64,000 nucleotides of DNA from Botryllus schlosseri (taxonomy: Eukaryota). Shown here piece after piece: positions 48,854 to 60,000 of this stretch. Position 1 is the first letter of the stretch; each line of letters opens with the position of its first letter. Both the position numbers and the translations under genes were made by a program. A model generated the notes under the pieces. It did no database searches. It saw only the letters and a list, made by a program, of their open reading frames with translations, and was not told where the DNA came from. The DNA is taken from assembly GCA_051294905.1 (NCBI GenBank), contig CM119381.1, positions 26,040,001 through 26,104,000 on the forward strand, in the 5' to 3' direction.

Positions 48854-51309
48854 CTTCCGATGCTTGTTCTAACCATCTTCACGTTGTTTATCACCCATCT
48901 ATTAAGTTCTTTTTAACTGTTGTTTCAGAGCGAGGTTGCTCTGCAATGATCGAAGCACTTGTCCAATGTGTTGTTATGGTCTATGTAACACACAGCGACA
49001 GCAGGCTCATATGTATATCCTCAAATGTCTCATATGCAGCATTGGTGTCCATAAAATTTCGACAATCATGGGCTAATCACTGATACATTCTTGTGAATAG
49101 TAATAGAATTGGTGGCATTGCATCTTTATAAATACATCATTGCCTGCTGGCGATTTTGTGACAAATTGGGATCTTTTTAGATTGTGTTCGGTCATTTATC
49201 CATTCTACAATTGGCAATGACTCATGTTAATTCTTCCCTATTCCTATCTTACGGATTCTGTTAGCTAGCGTAGAAAATGATAGCTTGATGTCGAAGCCTA
49301 TTTTTAGTCCGTCTTTGCAGTTTCACTTTGCTTCTGCATAACTGCACGGAACGCGTCACTTTAAAACTAGCAGGGGGTGTCCCTTTTGAGCACAAGAAAT
49401 TTCTTCAATTGCTGCAACATTTTGTTTAAGTTCTATATTGTGGACCGTTGAGGACCTCGATCGAATTGACCCGTGTCTATTGATTTCATCATCAATGATG
49501 TCGGGTTGACCATATTTTTGTTAGCAAATTTACCCCTATGCAAAATTTCCAGCAGAACGTCTATGTAAAGTTCGGGGTTTGGTTTCTTGCTTTCTCCTAT
49601 TAGTTAGCCTATAGAATGAAATAATGGCATGTTTCACTTGTATGTGATGCAACGTGTTTGCGTTTTCGCACTGATTAGTCCCGTGCATGTTCCAAATCGA
49701 GGTAATCACGAGTTAATCGACCAGCACTCATTTCCAACTGTTTTCGTCAAACTCCCATCAATACCGTAATTGCTCTCAAATTGACGTTTGTATTGTGTTA
49801 ACTTCAGTACTTAGTCATGTAACGGGGCATCATTTATAATCCCTGAAGTTTTTTTTTTGTCAAACATCAACATGAAATCCATTGTCACCTCACTATTCAA
49901 CTGTTTGGCTTCTCCAATATCTGCCATAGTGCCATTACTCATTTTTACCAGGGTAATTTGCCGCAGATGCATTAAAATTTAGGGTAAATTGGTTTAGCCG
50001 GGGCAGTCCATTGTGGATAGATCATTTATCGCTCATAACTCAATGAAATTTACAGTAAATATTGTGTATTAGTGTGTCTTATATATATCAGTGTGACAGT
50101 CATTTTTGCTACTGAATAGTGGCAATTATTAGTGAAAGTGTCCGACTGAGCCTACTTGGCTTTAATAACTGAATATGCCTCATTTCGAAGAAAATATTAT
50201 ATTAATTGATTGACTAAGGGTGATCATTGCATTGACCATTTATATTGTAATCACATTCCCTTTCACCTACTTTTCGCATGTTTCAGTCCTTCATCATTTT
50301 ATGATATTTTGTTTCACAATGTTCTGAGATAGTAGATGTCATCGGTCAGTTTCTGTGCGTAACTGCCTTTCTAAGAACATATAACATATACTTTTATGCA
50401 TGTTTGAGAATTATTTACCGTAAGCATGTCATTGAATCGAATTGGAAAAACAGTTGCGTAAAATTACTTATACAACTTTTTGCCTCTCGCTTATAGAACT
50501 AGTACCGGTAATATAATTTGTGCCTTTTCAAACCATGTAATGTCGTCGATGAACTGTAAGTTGCTTTGTGGGTACAATGTATGATGGCATAGTTACTGTA
50601 TGTTATAATTGTATAATAGCGATGCACTATAAGAAAAGCACCATTAACCCAGGCTATGTATGTATAAAGCATACATGTATCACGGTACCAGCCTCGATGT
50701 TATGCGTTAATCTGATAATGCTCTGCATCATTGTAGACTCCACTGCCGTCCTAATCCTATACTGAAGCATTAGACGTCTCCAAAACTCCAATTTTTGAAA
50801 TTGTGCCCACTGTATATGTTGTGTCATTTTGTTCGTCAGTGTCAAAACGGATATGTGAATGGTAGCTTGTTATGGTAATTGCGGTATGTTTACGGTACAA
50901 TTAAGCTAGTATGTTATGTTGGCTGAATCATGGTGAATAAGAATAATTTATTGTATTATAAGTAGTGAATTTACTTGCATTGTTACTAATTAACAACTAA
51001 TGATACCAAGAGAAACCCGATGAAATTATAGTTTTTATCGTGTTAATTGTGTCATATTTTTTGCAGGTGTGTAGACTTATAATATAGATAGTTCTTTATT
51101 GGAGAAGTGCAAGCATTTGGATTTATGCGAGGGAGCGCTGGACATTATGGGTATTAGCCAATGGTTGCAGCATCCAAATTTGACCTGATGATAATGTTAT
51201 GGTAACAAGCTTATCAATTGTCGGGATGCATACATATACATGGGTCAGGGAGGGACTCCTATGTATTTAAAGAGCATCTTGGAGGTACAGAACTTCAATA
51301 CCGTGTAGG

Positions 51310-51395
51310 CGTACAATTGAATAATATATTCGTATTGAAATGAACTGGAATATTTTCGGCTGACACTCGTCAGGGGTAATCGTCAGCAACTATTT
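51310..51395 (-). repeat. Reverse partial copy of the hammerhead-like repeat
   Basis: Reads TTACCCCTGACGAGTGTCAGCCGAAAATATTCCAGTTC on the minus strand. Confidence 0.75.
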
Positions 51396-51707
51396 AATCA
51401 TTGGAGAGAACATTGTATATCAACAATCGTATCAGCTTAAGCTAAATGTACTATTTTTAGAAGGTACAGGGTACAGAAAGTCCTTCTGCAGGCACAGACT
51501 CGGTATTTTGATACAAGTTGACTCCAAGGCACCAAAATCGAAGTGGGAATGTAATGAATTGTAATGATTTGTTTGGTTCCAACTTCCAACTATTTTGACA
51601 GACCACGTAATACCGTACTTTGTGTAACTGAAGCAAAATGATTCAATCAATTCTCTTCATCATCTATGCATGCTTGCTGCTTATGCTGCCGATAATCTAC
51701 TCATTAA

Positions 51708-52554
51708 TTGGGCGAGTTTTTTGACCTGTCAGAAATTTGTCAAAATTGTAGCGTTAAGTCAAAATTTGTCAAAATTGTTCAAAGTCAAAAAATTTTTGAC
51801 GTCTGCATTACGTTTGTATCGTAGATTTTGCACTGTCGGTGAACTCATCATTTGTCACTTTATAGGCCTACCGTTGTGAAGGCCAATTGTCTGCTCATTG
51901 TGAATCATAAACGGTGAAATAAAACGGATAGGTAAACATGATTTTATGGTCAACGTACCGCAATATCCTAACTGAAGAAAGACTTCTTGGGCATTGCATC
52001 ATTCTTATATTAAGCAGTGCATGATGAAAAATTGTGATACAGACAATATTGTCACAATGAAGCAACACGGTGTGTCACCAGCAGTGTACGCACAACACGA
52101 GTGTTGTCAGCCAATAACTGCTGCTGTTGAACGTTCTTTCTCCATTCTTGGCAAAGCTTCTTAGTAAGGACATACACTTTCTACCCAAGAATGTAGGAAA
52201 GTATATCTGGTTGTACTACAACAAATTTTGATTATTTCTACCATGACATGTATTGTAACTACTGGAATTCTTCATAGGGCTAGGTTATTTGAGTACTAGT
52301 TTTTGTATGTAAAAATTTGTCTGTTTCTAAGCTAAAAACGTTTTTTCAGGACAAACTACTTCGTTAGGACAGCCAGTTCCAACCAGAAATAAAGATTAGT
52401 GGTACAATTTTAACATTATGTGGGAGAACACCTAATTTGCATACGCTAGATCAAAATTTGGTCAAATTCAGTTTGTTCATGTCAAAAAATATCAAATTTT
52501 CAATTTTTTTAGGTCAAAATTTTCCTTTTTTTCAAGTAAAAAAAAATTGCCCTA
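51708..52554 (+). mobile_element. Internally deleted hAT element with frameshifted transposase C-terminus
   Basis: PAVYAQHECCQPITAAVERSFSILG / KLLSKDIHFLPKNVGKYIWLYYNKF* (~52075-52231) is a hAT dimerisation-domain motif; GTCAAAA subterminal repeats; imperfect ends TTGGGC / GCCCTA; flanks CTCATTAA / CTCATAAC. Confidence 0.72.
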
Positions 52555-53285
52555 CTCATAACATTTATTCTGCATCAAATTATGCGCTTTTAGATCAATC
52601 TATGTATTTGAGTGAAACATATCACATCTACAATATATAATAGGGCTTGGTGAAATCGAGGACGTGGGTGTTATGACTACACTACAGTATGAATGATATG
52701 GAAAGTTCAGATATGTACCATACCTTTTGTATGACCTCAACGTTATTGATGCAAGTTCTATATCACATTAAAGATTGTTTGGTATTGTTTTACCATGCCT
52801 GTGTCATTGCACTTTGTAACAATGCTGTGGATTGATCTCGGCATCACAGAATGTCATTTCTCCTAACGTACATAGCTTTGTGAAACATGTTTTGTATGCT
52901 GCGATAGGCTAGGTCAGTAAAATCAAATTCGTAACATATTTTCATGACTGGACTTCTAAACTTGATCATAAAATTGACCTATATATTTTTAATGGGCAAC
53001 TTTATGAAAGGTGGACACGACAATCATAATAGCTTGAGATGGGACGGTTTGTTCTGTAGGCTATAATGTATAGATTCTGTTGATTGTAAATAGTTGAAAT
53101 TGCTGACGTCTTTTTATAACCCTCATTAAAAAGAGTAGTAGTTTACATGTGGTCTGCTTGCGTAGGCTGTGGGACTGTTGCTTTCTATAATCTTTATATT
53201 AGTGCCGATAATTAATAGGGCTTTCTCATTCATTTATTAATTGTCATGGTGTTTGCTTAATTCAGAAAGGGCTGTGCCCAGTTAA

Positions 53286-53779
53286 AGGGGCACGGCACTC
53301 TACAAATCACGTGGTCTCAAATTGAAGGGCAAAACGAAAAAAAATTTGAGCTAACCATTTTCTTGAAAACGCCACCGTAATGGAGCTGGAATTTATTGAA
53401 ATTTCCGCAGCAACTTCACGCTCTAGCAGTCACGCAGAGATCGAACTTGATATAGTTGCCAGCCGATGTTATGAAGGAAATACGTCGTACACGCCAAGGT
53501 GGTTCAGATACCGCGTTCAACGGAAGATGTTCAGTCAGGAGATTTATGTCAAAATCGGGCCTAGTGTATTCAATTTCTTTGTTTCATAACATCGGCTGAC
53601 AACTATATAAAGTTCGATCTCTGCGTGACTGCTGGAGCGGGAAGTTGCTGTGGAAATTTCAATAAATTGCAGCTCCATTATGGTTTCGTCCTGAAGAAAA
53701 CAGCTACGGCCAAATTTTTTTTCTTTTTCGTTATGCCCTTCAATTAGAGACCACACCATATTTAGAGTGCAGTGCCCCT
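53286..53779. mobile_element. Kolobok-like (TTAA) palindromic MITE, 494 bp
   Basis: TTAA at 53282-53285 and 53780-53783; AGGGGCAC / GTGCCCCT termini; imperfect inverted arms of ~200 bp. Confidence 0.85.
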
Positions 53780-53831
53780 TTAAGACCCTTTCTATCCATT
53801 TCAAACGGTTCATGCATTGTTCACCAATGTG

Positions 53832-54098
53832 ACCTTCATTTCACTGATTGTGCCAAGGATTTTCCTAAATCACAATTCAATTATATATCCTGTTTATTAT
53901 TATATCCTGTTTACAATATAATTTCCATGACATAAGTCTCTCTCACCTCTGTCTGTTCTATCATGGCGGCCTTCATTCAGTGACTTTTACGCTCTCCTTG
54001 TGCCAAGGATTTTCCTGTCTATCAAACAATTATGTATCCTGTGAATTATTATATCCTGTTTACGGTATAATTTCCATGACACGAGTCTGTCTTGCCTT
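53832..54098. repeat. Local ~110-bp direct duplication upstream of SIAE
   Basis: TGTGCCAAGGATTTTCCT...TATATCCTGTTTAC...ATAATTTCCATGACA begins at 53849 and again at 53999. Confidence 0.85.
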
Positions 54099-54308
54099 AC
54101 CACCTTAATCTTGTTGGCTATCAAACTCCATACTTATTTAGTTGATATCAGGATTTTTTTGTGATTGGAATGAACTCTCAATGTAATCCACGTATCTAAT
54201 ATAGTTGGGTTCCTGCTACCAAAAATGTAGATCAGTCAGTTTTAGATATGCATGAATGAGTATCCTTGTAATACATTTGTTTCTGTTGATTCATCTTCCA
54301 GTGCAGTT

Positions 54309-55982
54309 ATGTCATCCAGTAACAATTCCGGTAAAGTTGTGGCATACTTTCTGTTTGCTCTGTTTCTGATTCTTCTATTGAAGTCATGTGACAGATCTAC
54401 ACTCCAATTTGTGACGTTCATCGGGAATAACCACCGCAATGAAGCCAAATTTGGTTTAGCATCTTACTACCAAGACCATATGGTGCTACAAGCCGAGCCT
54501 TACAATGCAGTTATTTGGGGATATGGCGTTTTGGGCTCAACGGTAGAACTGTTTGTTAAAGGTAAAACATTTACCGGGCATGTTGACGATGTAATTGATG
54601 GGCAAGGGGTGTGGAGAATCGTTCTGGACCAGTTACCCCCGGGAACAAAGGCCGATGTGTCTATTACACATGAAACCAAAAATGGCGTGCGTAACATGAT
54701 CACAATTCATGATGTTCTATTTGGGGATGTGTGGGTTTGCAGTGGACAAAGTAACATGGCGTTTCCAATAGCGCACATGTTCAACTACTCCCAAGAACTG
54801 GACCTAGTGTCGCAGTATCCTGACATTAGGATTTTTACAGCAGCACAGACTACATCTGATGTGCCGTTATACGATCTGAAGTCGATATCGAGGAATTGGG
54901 AAATTCCTACAAAAGATAATGCCCAATCTTTTTCTGCAGTGTGTTGGGTTTATGCACGTCATTTACATGACGTGCTCAAAATCCCAATTGGTCTTGTTGA
55001 AACAAATTGGGGTGGTACGCCCGTTGAGACTTGGTCGTCATCCGAAGCACTAGCAGCCTGTGGTCTTCAGGCAGAGAACAACTTCAAGATTTCATTTTCG
55101 TCACGGTTCTTTACCGAATCAGAGAATGTGCCTCCGCCACACCAAAACTCAGTTTTATGGAATGCTATGATTCACCCATTTTTAAATATGACAATCAAGG
55201 GAGCTATTTGGTATCAAGGAGAGGCAAATTCTGCTTATCACAGGGACCAATACAATTGTTCGTTCCCTACTATGATTAAGGACTGGAGGTCTGCATGGTT
55301 AGAAGGTACACACGGCCACACCAATGAGGTATTCCCGTTTGGTTTTGTACAGCTCGCCTCTATCACATCATCCCCGGAAAATGGGGAATATCCTGTAGTT
55401 AGATGGCACCAGACTGCGGATTTTGGATACGTTCCTAACTCAGCGATGCCCGAGACATTTATGGCTGTTGCGTTGGACTTAGCGGACCCTGATTCACCGT
55501 ATGGGTCTGTCCATATCAGAGATAAAGAGGATGTTGGGTTGAGGCTATCTTCTGCTGCGTTACATCATATTTTCAAATTATCACCTGATAAGTCAGGGCC
55601 AAGGCCGATAGCCGCTGCGCAAGTTATTGATACCGTTGTACTGCAGTATTCTTCTGATAACTTGGTTGTGAACGATGGAAGAAAATCAAATTTTGAAATC
55701 TGTTGTCTTGGTAGCAATTGTGACGTCAGCGATTTAACAGAGTCGGGATTTGTGGAGTGGTTGCCGTCTGATATAAATGATTATGGGTCTGACACCATTC
55801 AGATTTTGGGCCAAGCTTGCAAGGATCAGTCTGGAGTGAAAAGGGTTCGCTACGCTTGGCGTTCTACACCTTGTGCCTTTAAGGATTGTCAGCTTTACTC
55901 CAAGCAAGGAGCACCGGCTCCTCCGTTTGTGATCGATGTGCAACACGATAAGGAGTCTCCAATCGGCGAAATGAATGCTTAG
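54309..55982 (+). CDS. SIAE: Sialate O-acetylesterase (SGNH), ~557 aa, uninterrupted CDS
   Basis: N-terminal hydrophobic segment; SYYQDHMVLQ, DVLFGDVWVCSGQSNM, FSAVCW, PIGLVETNWGGTPVETWS, GAIWYQGEAN, FPFGFVQL, DSPYGSVH, RYAW. Alternative upstream ATG at 54252. Confidence 0.94.
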   Translation: MSSSNNSGKVVAYFLFALFLILLLKSCDRSTLQFVTFIGNNHRNEAKFGLASYYQDHMVLQAEPYNAVIWGYGVLGSTVELFVKGKTFTGHVDDVIDGQGVWRIVLDQLPPGTKADVSITHETKNGVRNMITIHDVLFGDVWVCSGQSNMAFPIAHMFNYSQELDLVSQYPDIRIFTAAQTTSDVPLYDLKSISRNWEIPTKDNAQSFSAVCWVYARHLHDVLKIPIGLVETNWGGTPVETWSSSEALAACGLQAENNFKISFSSRFFTESENVPPPHQNSVLWNAMIHPFLNMTIKGAIWYQGEANSAYHRDQYNCSFPTMIKDWRSAWLEGTHGHTNEVFPFGFVQLASITSSPENGEYPVVRWHQTADFGYVPNSAMPETFMAVALDLADPDSPYGSVHIRDKEDVGLRLSSAALHHIFKLSPDKSGPRPIAAAQVIDTVVLQYSSDNLVVNDGRKSNFEICCLGSNCDVSDLTESGFVEWLPSDINDYGSDTIQILGQACKDQSGVKRVRYAWRSTPCAFKDCQLYSKQGAPAPPFVIDVQHDKESPIGEMNA

Positions 55983-57022
55983 ATCGGAAATATTTTTATT
56001 CCGTAATACTCTTGGCATGCTTTTATTTGCTATACCCATAATGTTGCCAGAATATGCAGGCTACATTGTGAAGCACGTTCGTGTTCAAAGTTTGAATTGT
56101 TTGTCACCTTGAAACCATCTCAGACACTTAGAACTCAGGTCATGACTAGTATTTAGAGTGAGTGACCAATATGCATACCGTACTGGTTTGCTGGTACATT
56201 TTTGTCATGCGTAGTTAAAAGCAAATTGCATTTCTTGCCATTGATATTATTTGCATATTTTCTGTTATTATGTACATATATGCAATGCATTTTTATTATG
56301 TTTGAAATTATACATCCAACACATAACTGTCGTAGGTGTTATGAAATGATAGTTTATTCCAGATACTTGGAATACTGACTGCAATACATTTTCTTGAATC
56401 GGATTTCATATGTATTCTTATGATTTTTATTGCTTTTAACAGCCATTTCATGAACACTATCCGGGGTCCCAATCTTTTCATAACTTTGTTTCACTTTCAT
56501 AAGATATAACTTTTTACATGCTATGTTGACCAAGGCCGTGTGCTCTGTATGAATTGAAATACTGTTACCTTGTATTTGTAACGTTTGATATAGGGAAAGG
56601 AGACAATTGAAATGGTTTTTTCAGAACTATCATGCCAACTCGTACAGTAGTCTTTTATTACCAGTACCGATAGATTTGTGAATTTTCTATTCAATATCAT
56701 AATTCAAGTTTTGAAAAGTTGGGGTTAACGCCTCCCGACTTGATACATATTCTAAATTTGTTTTGCTCGTGGTTCTGCAAGGCTTTGGTGATGTTACCAT
56801 GTGTAAGTCATGTATATGAGGTGTGTGCATGATATCATATGCTTATATTTTGCCACCATGTCACACTGGCGTTCAGTGCCATATTATCCTTGTTAGTGAT
56901 ACCTGACTGAATTTATCTATAGCTTCTACTTTGTGACTATATTGATCTCGATTGTTCTGATTTCGCAGTGTTATCCACAATTATCACACATAAATTATTG
57001 CTGCTATAATAAGATCTCTGGA

Positions 57023-60000
57023 ATGACTGGATCAAAGGCTTTGAAGGCAATATCTCAAGAGACATTTGACGATGTCGTGCGAGAGAATATAGAGGATTTT
57101 GAAATGGAACCTCAAGAAGCATTAGATGATGCAATCGAACAGTTCAAGTCTCAGGTATCAATATTCTCACTTGAATGCCATGGCGTTTTAGAGTTTTGTA
57201 GTCATACACTCGACAGCGATGTCGAATCTATTGGTACCAAAAGCTAATAATTATGATTTCATGACAGCTGAAGTTTGCTGTGTTCATTTTGATATACAAC
57301 TGTACAGGGCCCTTATTCACACTGCCGTAATATTGCCAAATATGGTCAAAATAGATGTCATCCTTTATTTCATACCAAATGAAGCCTATCTCTTGTCTAC
57401 CATATCAATCACCTACCGTATCCACATTGTCTTCTTTTGTGGAGCTATTGTACTTATACCTCTTCTCCTCACACATCACATGACTTACTTATTGTTTGAG
57501 ATCTGTGGAAGTCTTTTGAATTCATATACTACAGCAATTCCGTTTTCGGTTAATAGTACTCATAGGGAAACTTCTAGTGAATTCCTCAGTCAATTAAGTT
57601 AACAGTCTTGACATGTTTCAATTTTCGCTATGCAAGAAAAAGTTATTGTCACCTATACCTTCGATGGGTTTGTCATTGAGAAAAGTATAAAATAAACATT
57701 CTTCGTTCCTAGCTGTATTCAGTATTGTCATTATTTAATGCCAGAACATATAGACAAGTCGTTGGTAATTATGGAATACGGGATGAAGTGCGTTTACTAG
57801 TTCACTGGCCTCACTTCACATTTCCTTACTTACATAACTTTCATCTCGGTGCCATAGCGTAACTTATGGATTGTACATTCCAACTATTATTCTATGTAGT
57901 CAGCATAATGGTATGATTTCCCAATGCCCGAGACCTGAGTAAAACTAGGCGAAAGGAAATCCTTCTGTGAAGATGAAAATTCTCCCGAGTCATAACGCCG
58001 GATCCTTTGTTTGTCTTTAGGGTGTGAATATTAGCATCATCATTAAGGAAGTTCCCACAAATGGAAAGCATAAGGTAGCATTCCTTGCCGAGTCCTTATC
58101 TGATATTGTATCCCAAGAAGAAAGCTTTGATAAAGGTGGAGTTTTTCTATATTGCAATCTGTTGCCGGTTTGCTCGTAGCTGTGTGTGCTTACAACCATT
58201 TAGCTCAAATTATATCACATTGTTGATGCGGTTAGAAGTTAATAAAAGAACATTGCAAACGCAGTAGGCCTAATCGAATTCCCACATTGGCCACATTGAT
58301 ATATCGTTGATGTGATGTTTTCTTTAGTGTAGTTCTAAACAATATGCATATGGAATGTTTGAACTATATTCACTATTCTCTGATCTGCAGTTTGTAAAGA
58401 TTTGAAACATACTTCAAATTTAATCATGCTTAACTCCTGAGATCGCCTACATTCTCCTTTGGTAAACACAGAATTGGACAACGTCACTGTATTTGACTGA
58501 TGCATGTTTGAATTGTGAGCTATCTGTATCTTGAAAGCAAACCTTTTTATAAGGTCAAACTAGCAATTGTTGGTCATGGGATCGTACCCTACCACGGCAT
58601 AGCAATGAAAAGAATATATGTGTAACTAATATGTACCTTGTATAGATTTTTTTTTCTTGTGAATGGTAGACATGATTGTGTATTGTCAGTGTGTTTAGTT
58701 TACGATAGTAGGGAAATCTTTCAACACATAGATATTCCCTATTTATAGTAATAGTAACCCATCTGTTCTTGATCTTGTCCAGAATCTACTCTGGAAACGA
58801 TACGAAATTTGAAGGATGAATTGTCCAGTGACTTATCCAAACGGTATCAAGCATGTAAAACAACGAATGTGTCCCAGAAGCTCTTCGACTTGTGTGTCAT
58901 GTCATCTCGGAAATCTTGTTATCAGACAGGTCAGTCAACTTATGTAAAGTATTCACACATCCTGGTATGCTTGTGACTTCTCAAAACAACGACTGCTTGA
59001 CCTACTCCCCAGATTCGTTCAAAGCGTACTGCTCGCTCGTGAATGGTCAGCCTGATGAAGCAACTAAGGAACATTTGGATTTTTTTCTGCAACAATTAAG
59101 AGGTATGCATATCCTCTTATAGTATTCTGTATGCCAAACTGCAGTTTTATGAAATACAATAATATTAAAACTGAATGTGTCAAGCTAGTTTTCATGTTAT
59201 GTAATGTGTTACAATATATAAATAGCAACTTCTCACAATATTACTTGAGCTATCATAACATACCACAAAACTAGTTGTATCATATGGCCTAATACTGTTC
59301 AATGGACAGATTGCTCTAAATCAGTGATCCCCAAACCTTTGGATTTTTTGGAAAATAAATACAGGAACTAGCACACGCGATTTGAAGACGCTCCACCTTC
59401 TTCAACAGCTGATAAATAAGCACATGTGGCAATAATGAAACCCGTTCTGGCATCATAATAAATCAATTAATCTTTCAGCAGAATATCAACTGATTAATTT
59501 ACAGAAATGCCCATTTTATAAGAAAGCTCTTTCTGCAAAAGAAATTGGTCGAGTTTTGGCTGTCTGCTTCCAAATCCTATTCCATCATCGGTGCAAATAT
59601 AATAAAAGTTATGTTAACATTTGTATCCTAATGACTATGCTTTATAGCAAATTTTGTTTTGTGTGCTCCTAAATTTTTTCATCAATTTTAGTTTGCCACA
59701 AGCTTGAAAAGTTTGGGAACCACTGCTCTAAATAATGGCTGTAGCGTAGCCTAAATTTTTGATTTGGACAGACCTTAATGTATTTGTGACAATAATATAT
59801 CACAGTTCTACATTTATTGAAGGTCCTGCTTTGAAATTTTCTGTACTTCTGATAGCTATACAGCAATGATCATGTAGGCAACATTTGCGAAAAAACTGGA
59901 GATTTATCCTAGCAATTATTACCATTTGGCTATGGTAACTTAGGTATTAGTGCTGATGCAGGAATTATGAATATTTAAAGATGGGCGGGGTGTGTTGCCA

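Noticed and set aside
58072-58080. ARMC6 exon 2 donor at 58074 (AAG|GTAGCA)
   Set aside because: Gives a phase mismatch with exon 3; the donor at 58135 keeps frame and homology.
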